A stretch of 64,000 bases of DNA from an uncultured Eubacteriales bacterium (GCA_964435925.1 CAYTBG010000002.1:1833-65832), one strand, 5' to 3'. Counted from the stretch's first letter, positions 8,871 through 19,161 are shown. Notes: generated by a model from the sequence alone, not told the origin. Program-made: numbers and translations.

Positions 8871-9653
8871 ATGATGAAAAAATATGTACATGCTCTTACC
8901 ATTTCTCTCCTCTGTCTTATAATTAGTTTTGGCTGTGGGAAAAAGACAACAGAAATTTCACCAGAAATTGCTTCCTCCGATGAAGCCCTCTTTAAGCTTG
9001 GAGAGAAATTTATTAAGAAAGATCCCGAAAAAGCTCGTCTATATTTAAGGCAAGTCATTGATTCCTTTCCTAAGAGCTTTTATGCTCAGCAGGCCAAATT
9101 GGCCATTGCTGATTCATATTACCGAAAGAGAGACGAAGGAAGTATGATACTGGCTGCATCTGAATACAGGGAGTTTATATCCCTCTTTCCCTATAGTCCT
9201 TCTGCACCCCTTGCTCAGCATCAAATTGGCATGACTTTCTATAGAAAAGTCCTGAAGCCTGGGAGGGATCAGACAAAAACAAAACAGGCCCTTGCAGAAT
9301 TTAAAAAAGTGGTTACTAATTATCCATTGAGTGAAGAAGCAAAATCTGCCCAGGAAAAAATATTAGACTGCGAAGATAGATTGGCAGAACACACTCTCCA
9401 AATAGGAGTCCATTATTACAGAATAAAAGCGTATAACGCAGCCATAAGCAGGCTAACAGAGATCCTGACCACCTTCCCTAATTTTTCAAAAATGGATAGA
9501 GTCTATTACTATTTAGGTAATTCTTATTATAAAGCGACATTGGTCGAGCAGAGTATCCCCTATTTCACCAAACTGATAACTGATTTTCCTCAAAGCAAAT
9601 TAGCAAAAAAAGCTACAGCCAGGCTTGAGGAAATAGAAACTAAAAAAAAGTAG
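8871..9653 (+). CDS. TPR-repeat lipoprotein, BamD/YfiO-like outer-membrane assembly factor
   Basis: Signal peptide with lipobox (LIISFGC). TPR-like repeats with Y/F-rich helices. Size about 260 aa, as for BamD. Confidence 0.5.
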   Translation: MMKKYVHALTISLLCLIISFGCGKKTTEISPEIASSDEALFKLGEKFIKKDPEKARLYLRQVIDSFPKSFYAQQAKLAIADSYYRKRDEGSMILAASEYREFISLFPYSPSAPLAQHQIGMTFYRKVLKPGRDQTKTKQALAEFKKVVTNYPLSEEAKSAQEKILDCEDRLAEHTLQIGVHYYRIKAYNAAISRLTEILTTFPNFSKMDRVYYYLGNSYYKATLVEQSIPYFTKLITDFPQSKLAKKATARLEEIETKKK

Positions 9654-10215
9654 TTTGAATAAAGGCTTGTTTACTATCTAGACAGAGGAGCCCTAAATGT
9701 AGGGAACGAAGATAGTGGTTCTGGAATAATTTGGTTTCATAAGTACTCAGAACCAAACCCTCAGCCAGACGAGGTATTTGACCAAGAATCATACATGGGA
9801 GCTCTTGGATATAGGATTCCCTCCATCGCCGCAAATAGTGTCCGTCACATTGAATTTATTCGAAAGGCGGTCAGAGGGAACGAAGAGCACAATGAATGCG
9901 AACTAGTGAAAAACGGAAAGATTCTTATTGGTTTTGAGTTTCCAGAACATTGATGATGGCCGTACAATTGAGAAGCTAGTTGACATTTCTTTTATTTGGG
10001 TTAATAGATTCCGGATATGTTTATGACTTCGGTTTTAATACTAAAGCGAAATGGGATTAAAGATATGCTTGAAATGGAAAGAGGCGAGTGGAAGCAAAAG
10101 ATCCTAAAGCCTTGGCTTCCCCTGATTGAAAAAGACAGCAGAGCGCGATTAGCGTCTCATTGGGAGAGACGCTTTAGATTTATAAATTTCTCATTAAAAA
10201 AATAAGGAGGCTAAA

Positions 10216-10770
10216 ATGAAAAAATCGTTGCTTCAATTTACTACGATTATTCCTCTGACTATTCTTCTCTGTTTTGCCTTTAGCTGTCAAAAGCAGGCTG
10301 AAAAGGCAGAACTTGAAGAGATGAAAGCCCAGGCAGAGGTTAAGGAGCAAAATAAGGCTATTGTAAATCGTATGTATGAAGCGTGGGGCAAAGGAGATTT
10401 TGAGGCTTATAAGGAGGTGGTAGCTCCTGAGTATGTTTGGTACTTGCCATCAAGAAGTACCAAACCCATGTCCCGAGAAGAAACAATAGAATTTGAAAAG
10501 ATGCTTCATAATGCTTTTCCTGATATTACTTACAGGATTGAAGAATTAATTGCTGTAGAGGACAGAGTTATATCCAGGTTTATAGCGAGAGGCACTCACG
10601 AAGGAGAATTTCAAGGAATTCCTGCGACTGGGAATAAAATTGAAGTTAGTGGGATTATGATGACCCGCATTGAAAATGGAAAAATTGTAGAGGATAAGGA
10701 AGAACTTGACCAGTTGGGTATGATGATGCAACTCGGCATGGAGCTTAAGCCGAAGGAGGCCGAAATATAA
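10216..10770 (+). CDS. lipoprotein with SnoaL-like/ester-cyclase (NTF2-like) domain
   Basis: Lipobox (CFAFSC). NKAIVNRMYEAWGKGDF...GTHEGEF.GIPATGNKIEV.GI...ENGKIVE pattern of SnoaL-like cyclases. Confidence 0.55.
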   Translation: MKKSLLQFTTIIPLTILLCFAFSCQKQAEKAELEEMKAQAEVKEQNKAIVNRMYEAWGKGDFEAYKEVVAPEYVWYLPSRSTKPMSREETIEFEKMLHNAFPDITYRIEELIAVEDRVISRFIARGTHEGEFQGIPATGNKIEVSGIMMTRIENGKIVEDKEELDQLGMMMQLGMELKPKEAEI

Positions 10771-11009
10771 GTCGTTTAATCTGCCTTTTCATAGTGATTG
10801 AGTCGATAGCTTAGCGTTTTTCCCGGCTGTCGCCTGATTAAAAATGAGGCGGCGAATAAAAAAACGATGTCTCACCAGTTCTTGGTTCCCGTAACCATGT
10901 GGATCCTACCTTGCTGAGGTTTGGCACCGTTCCTCAGCTGTCGCCTGAAAAAAAGGATGTGAGACGATGAGTATTTCAAAAACTCGAGGGCTTCTTTAAG
11001 GAGGCAAGA

Positions 11010-11660
11010 ATGAAAAAAAAAGGATATAAAATTATCTTGGTCACCATAGGGGCTATTATAGGGGCCTTCATCCTGCTCATTGTCCTCATAAACATATTTG
11101 TCCCCGAAGAGGAGTTGCAAAAATCCGCCCAAGCCAGAGCCGAAAGAAAAAAAGCGACAATTGAAGAGGGGGCCAAGCAAGAGGCATTGAAAGCCGAAAT
11201 AGAAAGAAAAAAAATAGCACCTGAAGAAATGGCCAGACAAGAAGCACTAAAAGCTGAAGAAATGGCCAAGAAAGAGACAGCGAAAGTCGAAGACTCGATT
11301 AAAAAAATCTTCGAGGCTAAAAAAGCTGGCGATAGCGGAGTAGTTTCCATTCGGTATGCCAAGCCCAATTGCACAGTCCATTATGACCTTTTTCCCCTTG
11401 GACTGTTCAAATATGAGGATGAGCTGGGCATGAAGCTAATGCCAAAAATAAAAAAACTCTACCAAAAGCACGCGGAAATAGAAAATGTTATTATTTTAAT
11501 TAGAGGACCTTTTCAAGATAGGTATGGAAATATGACCTGGGAACCTGTAGTCTCCTTTGAATTCCCAAGGGACGTCCTCAATCAGATCAATTGGAGTCGT
11601 TTTTTTAATAAGGATTTATTGAAAGTCGCTGAAAATGTAGCGTGGCATAGAAGGTCATAA
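11010..11660 (+). CDS. membrane-anchored protein with charged KQEALKAE repeats
   Basis: N-terminal TM helix, tandem (K/R)QEALKAE(I/E)... repeats, and a C-terminal globular region. Confidence 0.45.
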   Translation: MKKKGYKIILVTIGAIIGAFILLIVLINIFVPEEELQKSAQARAERKKATIEEGAKQEALKAEIERKKIAPEEMARQEALKAEEMAKKETAKVEDSIKKIFEAKKAGDSGVVSIRYAKPNCTVHYDLFPLGLFKYEDELGMKLMPKIKKLYQKHAEIENVIILIRGPFQDRYGNMTWEPVVSFEFPRDVLNQINWSRFFNKDLLKVAENVAWHRRS

Positions 11661-11670
11661 AGGACTAAAA

Positions 11671-11958
11671 ATGAACGAGAGAGAAATTATGGGAAAGAAC
11701 CTGCGGACGCACGGGCAAGCCAAAGGGCTGAGGCAAAAGGACTTGGCGACAAGGGTCGGGCTGTCAGTGGATGCTGTCTCAAAAATTGAACTGGGAAAGC
11801 AGGAGAACATCAGCATAAAATACCTGGTCTCGATCTGCCAGGAATTGGACATCGGCATTGAGGAGTTATTTTTGGAGAATCCCAGGAGTCTAAAAATCGA
11901 GCTGGTCATTTCCAATAAAACGTTGAGCCTTGAAGAGAATTTGCCGAGGCCTTCTTGA
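11671..11958 (+). CDS. XRE-family helix-turn-helix transcriptional regulator
   Basis: LRQKDLATRVGLSVDAVSKIELGKQ HTH_3 signature. Confidence 0.7.
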   Translation: MNEREIMGKNLRTHGQAKGLRQKDLATRVGLSVDAVSKIELGKQENISIKYLVSICQELDIGIEELFLENPRSLKIELVISNKTLSLEENLPRPS

Positions 11959-12076
11959 GTTTATAAATTAAGGCCCTAGCGATCCATATATTTGTCTTTG
12001 TCATTGACCAGTTCGGGGGAAACCGGATCTGCTGGGGCCTTCCCTTATTAAATAAAAAATAATGCTGAGGATTTAG

Positions 12077-12262
12077 ATGAAAGTTTATTGTTCGGAATGT
12101 TTTAGGCCGATAGATACGAAAAGAAACAATGTCGGTCGCGATAACAGGCTTGTCATATGTCCGGACTGCACCCAAAATCTCTGTGCCACAGTACCGAAGG
12201 ATAAAATCCTGCAGAAGTTGCCGAACGGGAATTTCAAGCGAAGGAAAAGGAATAGAAGATGA
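12077..12262 (+). CDS. small zinc-ribbon protein (two CxxC pairs)
   Basis: CSECF...CPDC spacing. Confidence 0.35.
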   Translation: MKVYCSECFRPIDTKRNNVGRDNRLVICPDCTQNLCATVPKDKILQKLPNGNFKRRKRNRR

Positions 12263-12797
12263 GAATAGCCAGAATTTTTCCGACAAGAACGAGCACGAGT
12301 CCCACAGACCAAGATATTTACTTTGGCGGGTCCGAGCTTTTCATGCCTGAATATGATGGGGTCTATATCTCCGTATTAAAATGGATGAATTCAGGCGGCA
12401 AAAAAAGGGTGTCCCATCATACCTCTCGTTTTGGTTCATCTATTCTAGCCGGTTCTGGCACTCTCCGGCTTTGCCGCCTTCTTAAATTTTCATAGAAAGG
12501 ATGTGGATAATTGCCTAAAAAGACATGGCAAAAGATATGGCCGGATACCGTCAAGCTCAATCCGACAGATCACTTTTTCAAACCCACAAAACAGGAATTG
12601 AAAAGTAAAGACGGCTTGATTTTTCTGGAATTTATAGAAAGCGCATAAGCGGATAAAATTTAGCTTAGAGACAATCGGAATCCTGTGGAGCTTTATAAAA
12701 TTTTTGAGAGCAAACGGCTATTATATCGTCAACAAAAATACTGTTTTCCGGGTGCCATTTTCACATCTAGTCGATCAAAGCGAACTGAAATGATGCG

Positions 12798-13061
12798 ATG
12801 AACAAAAAAGACACAGAGAAAAAGCTGGAATACTTAGAAGTATTTAGAAAAAAAATCATCCTGTGGGAAGCTGATAACGAAATTCACCAGGATCAATCGT
12901 GTGTTTTGAAAGGCTGGATTAACACTCTTATTAAATGTCTGGAATTATTCTCTGTGCTATTTGAATTTTATCCTAAGAAGCTCATGGAGAAGAAAGGGAA
13001 GGAAATCGACAACAACTTGTCTGATTTAGAAAAAGTCATAGAGGATTCAAAAGGGAGCTGA
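12798..13061 (+). CDS. hypothetical protein
   Basis: ORF with a plausible context ahead of 13066. No recognizable domain. Confidence 0.3.
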   Translation: MNKKDTEKKLEYLEVFRKKIILWEADNEIHQDQSCVLKGWINTLIKCLELFSVLFEFYPKKLMEKKGKEIDNNLSDLEKVIEDSKGS

Positions 13062-13065
13062 GAAA

Positions 13066-13305
13066 ATGAGCGTTTACGAGTTAAGAAAAAACGATCTGGA
13101 GAAGATAATATTCGACATCTCCGAATTCAAAGGCAAGGACTATATTAACATCCGGTTGTGGGTCCGGGACGGGCCTTTGATAAAGGAGTGGAGGCCGACA
13201 GCAAAGGGACTTTTTATTTCATTGGAGCTGGCCTCAGAATTCATGGAAGGCATGGGTCTTATATTCAAGCCCATCGAAAAAAGAAAAGAGAAGGAGCATA
13301 AGTAA
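13066..13305 (+). CDS. PC4-like ssDNA-binding transcriptional coactivator family protein
   Basis: FKGKDYINIRLWV.DG...PT.KGL.ISLE pattern of bacterial PC4/YdbC-like proteins. RBS aaagggagctgagaaaATG. Confidence 0.45.
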   Translation: MSVYELRKNDLEKIIFDISEFKGKDYINIRLWVRDGPLIKEWRPTAKGLFISLELASEFMEGMGLIFKPIEKRKEKEHK

Positions 13306-13309
13306 AGAA

Positions 13310-13564
13310 ATGAAGGCAAGGCCCAGTAAGAAAACAATTGAGGACCTCGAGATTCCCGGACTCCCTGGTCGTGGGGGACTCGTCCTCGGACTGCTCAGAA
13401 ATCTTATGCCCGGACTGAAGATCACTCAGAAAAAGCGGTATTCCTGGATTCAGGCTTTCAAGAGAATGGGGCCGGCGGAGATCAGCAGGATTATCTATCT
13501 CAGCTCGGACGAGAAGCGCTGCAGGAGAGCTATCGAGAAGGCCGTTAAAGTAATGGAAAAATAA
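13310..13564 (+). CDS. hypothetical protein
   Basis: ORF only. Confidence 0.25.
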   Translation: MKARPSKKTIEDLEIPGLPGRGGLVLGLLRNLMPGLKITQKKRYSWIQAFKRMGPAEISRIIYLSSDEKRCRRAIEKAVKVMEK

Positions 13565-13704
13565 AGGAAGTGGATCAGGAGAAAATGTTGACATTTGTTG
13601 ACATCGAGAAAGAAAATTCTGCTGTGTCACCTAATAGGGTATTTATGTCGCGCCTCAAAACAGAACCCAGTTGGGATAACGCCCAAAAATAAATAAAGAT
13701 TCCT

Positions 13705-15282
13705 ATGACCTTCCTCGATTGGATCATTATTATCCTGTATGCAGGCGGCCTCATCGTCCTGGGATGGTGGCTGGGACTCAAGCAGAAAACATCAGAAGAT
13801 TATTACCTGGCGGGAAGAAAGTTACCCTGGCTTCCCATAGGATTTTCCACTATGGCCACCCAACTGGGGGCCATTTCTTTTATCTCTGCTCCGGCTTTCG
13901 TTGCTCTTAGGGAAGGCGGCGGCATGATATGGCTGGGATATGAGCTTGCTCTTCCCCTTGCCATGATTGTCCTTATGGCTTTTCTTTTCCCTGTATTTCA
14001 TTCGCTTCGAATCATAAGCGTCTACGAGTTTTTAGAAAGGCGCTATGATGAGAAAACAAGGGTTGTGATGAGCCTTGTCTTCCAAGTAAGCCGGGGTTTA
14101 GCCACAGGAGTTACCATCTACGCTGCTGCTATTGTTCTCTCAGTGACCCTCCAAATTCCTCTCTCGATAACTATTCTCCTTATCGGCGCGGTGGCCGTTG
14201 TCTATGAGTTTTTCGGAGGAATCCATGTGGATATTGTCTCAGACACAATCCAAATGATTGTTATCTTCCTGGGAATAATCATAACCGGGTTGGTCGGCCT
14301 TCATCTTATCGGAGGATGGAGTTCGATTTCAGAGCTAATAGACCCTGCACGACTTGTCGCAGTGGATTTTTCTGCTCATGGACTTGGCGATAGCCAAGAT
14401 TTCGGGTTCTGGCCATTATTTCTTGGAGGCTTTTTTCTTTATGCTTCTTACTATGGCTGCGATCAAAGTCAGGTCCAGAGGGAACTCTCTGCCAGAAACC
14501 TTAAAGAATGTAAATTGAGCCTTCTTTTCAACGGTTTTTTCCGCTTCCCCATAGTCCTCGCCTACTGTGCTTTGGGACTCATCTTAGGAGCATATGTTGT
14601 CCAACATCCTGAATTCCTTGGGAATCTTCCTCAGGGAAGACCTGATTACCTCCTCCCCGCTTTTATCCTGGCAAAAATGCCTCCAGGAGTTGTAGGGTTG
14701 ATTTTTATTGCTATCATGGCTGCAGCTATGTCTTCCCTCGACTCTTCCATAAACTCTCTCTCTGCTGCCACTGTGGAAGACATCTATAAAAAGATCAGGA
14801 AAAGAAAGATAGAGCCAGGGCAAGAGATGAGATTATCCAAGATGTTTACGCTTTTTTGGGGAGTTGTCTGCATCGGATTTGCCTTTTTTGTTGGTGATAT
14901 TTCTCCTACTATCATAGAATCAATAAACAAAATCGGGTCTGCCTTTTACGGCCCTGTTTTTGCCGTCTTTTTGGCGGGAATTATCTCCTCAAAAGCCAAA
15001 CCTCTTCCCGCCATTGCTGGTCTTGTGAGCGGAGTAACTGGAAACCTCTTCCTCTGGCTTTTTGTGCCTTCAATCTCCTGGTTATGGTGGAATGCGATTG
15101 GATTTGCGCTCACGACTGCAGTCATTTTTTTGGGGAGCTTACTTTTCCAGTCAGCTTTCAAGAGCTCCTTCGAAATAAAAATCAGCCCTGAGGAAAGAGC
15201 CTGGAAAATAAGCTATGGATTATTGATCGTTTATGTTGCGGGGCTAATTCTCTTTTTAATTTTTTTCCCCAAGCTGTTTTAA
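13705..15282 (+). CDS. sodium:solute symporter family (SSF) transporter
   Basis: 525 aa. Multi-TM with the SSF pattern (GR.LPW...GFSTMAT.L.A.SF.S.PA). Candidate solute or proline-type importer. Confidence 0.75.
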   Translation: MTFLDWIIIILYAGGLIVLGWWLGLKQKTSEDYYLAGRKLPWLPIGFSTMATQLGAISFISAPAFVALREGGGMIWLGYELALPLAMIVLMAFLFPVFHSLRIISVYEFLERRYDEKTRVVMSLVFQVSRGLATGVTIYAAAIVLSVTLQIPLSITILLIGAVAVVYEFFGGIHVDIVSDTIQMIVIFLGIIITGLVGLHLIGGWSSISELIDPARLVAVDFSAHGLGDSQDFGFWPLFLGGFFLYASYYGCDQSQVQRELSARNLKECKLSLLFNGFFRFPIVLAYCALGLILGAYVVQHPEFLGNLPQGRPDYLLPAFILAKMPPGVVGLIFIAIMAAAMSSLDSSINSLSAATVEDIYKKIRKRKIEPGQEMRLSKMFTLFWGVVCIGFAFFVGDISPTIIESINKIGSAFYGPVFAVFLAGIISSKAKPLPAIAGLVSGVTGNLFLWLFVPSISWLWWNAIGFALTTAVIFLGSLLFQSAFKSSFEIKISPEERAWKISYGLLIVYVAGLILFLIFFPKLF

Positions 15283-15819
15283 TGAAATAAGCTCGACCGG
15301 GCAGGCTGGCCTGTTCAACCAGACTAGAATGCGATTTAGGTGGCTAGATTATGAATTGGCAAATCCGTTATGATTATGATTATTTTGGAGATGAATTTGA
15401 TGGAACTTTTATTAGAAAAACAAAAAGTCAATGTCAGATTTTGCCAGCTGAGTGAATTTAAAGTTTCTCTTCCCCCGAGAAAACTGTGTCGCATATTTGC
15501 TATTGTGGATTTGAGTTGATAAATGTGACTTAAAACTTGCAAACATTTGGGAATTTTTGGTATTATTAAACTAAAGATGTATAAAAATTTTTTAAGAGAT
15601 TCCCGCCTTTTTTAAATAACTAACATCCCTGTCTGGTTTCTCATTTGAGAATTGTGCATCATCTTGTCTCAATTATTCTGATGTGATTCCGAAGCCAAGG
15701 GATTTTAGTCGTAGGAATAACAAAAGGGGATGGCGGAACATTAACGGAACGCAAGATAAGAAATTTTTTGCTTAGGTTTAAAAGGAATATTGAAAAAAGA
15801 TTGAAAGGAGGCGATAAAT

Positions 15820-16035
15820 TTGGCTTTTGTGATTGTTGAAAAAAATGAATCTATAATAAATGCTTTAAGAAGATTCAGAGGAAAAGTCCAACGAGAAGCC
15901 ATAATGAAAGATTACAAGAAGAGCACTGTGTATCTAAAACCCAGCGATAGAAGGAGACAGAAAGAAGCACGAGCACGCAAGCGTATCATAAGATATCTCA
16001 AGAGAAAGCAGGAAAGGGAAAATTGGCGGCCTTAA
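15820..16035 (+). CDS. rpsU: 30S ribosomal protein S21
   Basis: 71 aa. ALRRFRGKV...YLKPSDRRRQKEARARKR pattern. Start appears to be TTG. Confidence 0.7.
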   Translation: MAFVIVEKNESIINALRRFRGKVQREAIMKDYKKSTVYLKPSDRRRQKEARARKRIIRYLKRKQERENWRP

Positions 16036-16291
16036 GGCAGTCTAGGTATTTTTCAAGGCCATTTCACTCGATTGCAGCCCGTAACAATTCTAATAGAAGA
16101 TGGACCGGGGCATTGCAACCGCTTTCGATCTCACCTAATGTTAATATTATGTCAACAAGTTGATAATTGATAAGCTAAGACGGCGGTAAAAAAAGAGCGC
16201 TTATTGAGTTGTCCACCCAATGCTTCCTTATGTTCTACTGGATTTCCGGCATTCTCCCCCAGCTCATCACCATAATTAGAAAGAAGTCTCA

Positions 16292-16585
16292 ATGAATATA
16301 ATAAAGAACATACACAAGAAAGTCAGAATCATTGATGTTATTGATTCCATAATGAAGGCCCTAGAGCAGTTCGATGGATTTGATGCAACAGTAACGATGG
16401 AGTTGTTCAAAGAGAATCAAAAGATGGATGATAAGGAGCGGACTATCACAGGACTAGTGACTTTAATCGTCGGCAACTTGGGAGAAAATGCGGATTTGAG
16501 CGAGCAAGAAGTCGACTCCGTCATCCGCTTTGTGCTGAAAATCGGCCGTGAAGTGAGAAAAAGGGCAAAAAATAGGATAATGTAA
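16292..16585 (+). CDS. hypothetical protein (97 aa)
   Basis: ORF. Followed directly by the conserved leader element. Confidence 0.4.
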   Translation: MNIIKNIHKKVRIIDVIDSIMKALEQFDGFDATVTMELFKENQKMDDKERTITGLVTLIVGNLGENADLSEQEVDSVIRFVLKIGREVRKRAKNRIM

Positions 16586-16610
16586 GGAAAGCGACAGAAA
16601 AAAAGTGGAG

Positions 16611-16820
16611 ATTATCCTTTCAATCCTTATATCATAATTTCAGTACAATTCAGCTGAATTTGACCCAGAAATCGCATTTTATTTTAAAATTTGCTTTTCC
16701 ACTCATAATATGTAATAAATATAAGTAATGAGAATTAAATTCTTCTAATTCAGCACAAAAACCCCTGTTTCTGTTGAGCTTTTTTCGTGGTGTTGTATTT
16801 TTTTGTTAAGGAGCCCAATT
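16611..16820 (+). promoter_or_regulatory. conserved ~215-bp non-coding leader element, copy B
   Basis: Collinear with 7312..7530. Ends at an AAGGAG RBS before ATG 16821. Confidence 0.4.
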
Positions 16821-17096
16821 ATGGATAAAAAAATAATTTATCAGGAAAAGATTAAAGCTCAATTAGAAAAAGTGAGCCCCAAAATTTATAAATTAAAGGC
16901 CAAAGCCGAGAAGGTAAATGTAGTGGATGGAATTGATTATTACAAGCAGATTGAAAAATTAAAAGCAACGCGGGATTTGTTAAAATTGGAACTCCAGGAA
17001 CTTAAAGAGATTGAAGAGGAGCCAGATGGGGATCTCGAAAAAAGAATACAGAATTCCATGAATGATTTAGAAGAATCTTTAGATCTTGATATCTAA
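16821..17096 (+). CDS. hypothetical coiled-coil protein
   Basis: ATG at 16821 with RBS aaggagcccaattATG. The ORF-track start at 16803 lies inside the conserved leader. Heptad-like KL/EL repeats. Confidence 0.5.
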   Translation: MDKKIIYQEKIKAQLEKVSPKIYKLKAKAEKVNVVDGIDYYKQIEKLKATRDLLKLELQELKEIEEEPDGDLEKRIQNSMNDLEESLDLDI

Positions 17097-17143
17097 AGGT
17101 TCGATAAATAGAATATTAACCTCTCTTTTGGCTGTAAGCATAA

Positions 17144-18049
17144 GTGAAAAAGATAAAACTGGTTGTAACGGGCGGAAGCGGAAAATTGGCCGGATACCTC
17201 ACACCCGTGCTTGCACGCGAGCACGAGATCTTGCTCTATGATAAACAGCGACCATAGCAGAGCCAGTTCCCATATATGAAGGGTGATATCACAGATAGTG
17301 CTAAACTGAGCAAGGCTTTTCAAGGTGCAGACGGGGTGGTACATCTGGCAGCTCTGCGGTCCCGTTGCAACCATCTGCCGATGAAGGTGATGGCAACAAA
17401 CATTTTAGGAACTTTCAGTGTGCTCGAGGCAGCACGGAGCGAAGGAGTGAAAAAGTTGTTATTCTCCAGCAGCGACGCGGTTCTTGGAATAGCACAGAGT
17501 ATGACTGAGTTTGCTCCCGAATATATACCGATAGACGAGAAACATCCCTTAATGCCACAGAATCCTTACGGAATCAGCAAGATGCACGGAGAGGAGATTT
17601 GCCGCTGCTTTACGGAAAGATATGATATAGATATCATTGCCCTGCGGTTTTCGAACATTTTCTGTCCAGGTGATGAGAAAAAGTATTTGACTGATGCAAA
17701 AGATCCATCAGCAAGGCGTAAGTCCCTATGGGCCTGGGTGCACGTAGATGATGCAGTTTGCGCCATTGTATGTGCTCTTGCGTCCGACCTGAAAGGGTAT
17801 GATGTATTCCATATCGCGGCTGAAGATGTTTGTCTTTCGAATCCGGATATCCCGAATCTGTTGGCTACTTTTTTTCCTAAAACGGAAATCAGAAGACCTC
17901 TTTCTGATAAAGAAAGTCTTATTGATTGTAGCAAGGCAAAACATAAACTGGGCTTCCAGCTGCGCAGAAGATTCGCCGATGTGGAAGGCATGGAAGGTTC
18001 AGAACCTGCTAATAAAAATCATCGGGCGATTAAAGCCATGAAATCATAA
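17144..18049 (+). pseudogene. NAD-dependent epimerase/dehydratase copy 2, disrupted by an in-frame TAG at 17255..17257
   Basis: GTG 17144 to VTGGSGKLAGYL Rossmann motif, then ...LLYDKQRP-TAG. Copy 1 has CGG at that position. The remaining ORF (17276..18049) lacks the NAD-binding N-terminus. Confidence 0.55.
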
Positions 18050-19145
18050 AGGTAACAAGCAAATTATGAAGATTGCGATAGTATACCAGCCGACGAGAAT
18101 GCGTGCAACCGAAGATAAAATCCATGGATCATGCCGCAAACTCCTATACCCCACTCTTACCCGTGTGCGCAAGGCATTCGAACGTGCTCCTCACAAGGTT
18201 GTGACTATTGATGGACTCGGCAACCTATTTGCGAAGATCAGGAGAGCCAAGCCAGATATAGTGTTCAACTGGTACTCAATGCCTGGCAGAGTCCAGTTAT
18301 ACGTACCAGCGCTCCTGGAAAAAATAGGAATGCCTTACACTGGTTGCAGTGCTCTGTGCCATGCTGTGGCAATGCATAAGGGGCTGGCGGGTAAAGTCCT
18401 TCGATATGACAAATTGCCGGTGCCGCAGTTCGCCTTGGTCAATCGAAAACAACGGGAGCCATCTCGTCAGGTAGAATTTCCAATCCTAGTGAAGCCCTGT
18501 TCTTTAGGGGCGAGCGAAGGAGTATCAGAAGAGTCTTTCGTCGAGTCAGCCGAAGATCTGCCAGCAGCAATAGATGCTGTTCTTGCAGTAGACAAGGAAG
18601 CAGTCATAACAAAGTACATTCCTGGACGCGAGATAACCGTCGGCATCATAGGAAACAAAAAATTGCAAATCCTGCCAATCCTAGAGAAGCGTTTCGAGGC
18701 TAAGCGAGGAGCACCTCGAATCTTTACAGAAAAGATGAAGAAGAAATCTACCCACTGGCACTATAACGTAACAGTGCCTGAAATGAAATCGAATGAGGAG
18801 ACAGCTGTGAAGAAGGCAGCGACAAGGGCCTATCGTTCGATTGGGTGTACTGACTATGCGCGAGTGGACATCCGCCTGGATAAACAAGGGATTCCCTGGA
18901 TTCTCGAGGTAAATACACTCCCAGGGATTTATCCGAAATTTAGCCCAATGGCCAAAATGGCCAGTGAAATAGGCAAGCCAGCCGAGTATCTGGCTATGCG
19001 GATCCTAGAAGAAGCAATGGAGAGAAATGGTTTATAAGAAGTGGTCTCTGCGAGGGATGTGCTAGCTTAGCAGGCGGTGCTTCCCGTGTGATTTTGCACG
19101 TGGGAGCCCAGTCCCCTTGATGATCAAAATGTAGTAAATATATCA
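17208..19145 (+). repeat. segmental duplication unit A2
   Basis: See unit A1. Confidence 0.8.
18066..19037 (+). CDS. D-Ala-D-Ala ligase-family ATP-grasp enzyme; copy 2
   Basis: Same length and motifs as 849..1820. Protein differs at only scattered positions. Confidence 0.7.
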   Translation: MKIAIVYQPTRMRATEDKIHGSCRKLLYPTLTRVRKAFERAPHKVVTIDGLGNLFAKIRRAKPDIVFNWYSMPGRVQLYVPALLEKIGMPYTGCSALCHAVAMHKGLAGKVLRYDKLPVPQFALVNRKQREPSRQVEFPILVKPCSLGASEGVSEESFVESAEDLPAAIDAVLAVDKEAVITKYIPGREITVGIIGNKKLQILPILEKRFEAKRGAPRIFTEKMKKKSTHWHYNVTVPEMKSNEETAVKKAATRAYRSIGCTDYARVDIRLDKQGIPWILEVNTLPGIYPKFSPMAKMASEIGKPAEYLAMRILEEAMERNGL

Positions 19146-19161
19146 CTTCGTCCCTTTTCAT

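Noticed and set aside
10930-10950. TGGCAC box considered as a sigma-54 -24 element
   Set aside because: No properly spaced TTGC -12 element follows.
12259-12495. 78-aa ORF after the zinc-ribbon gene
   Set aside because: Overlaps the upstream gene out of frame, no RBS, composition atypical. Not called.
16803-16820. ORF-track start of the 97-aa protein at 16803
   Set aside because: Those codons fall inside the conserved leader, and an AAGGAG RBS precedes the ATG at 16821. The later start is preferred.
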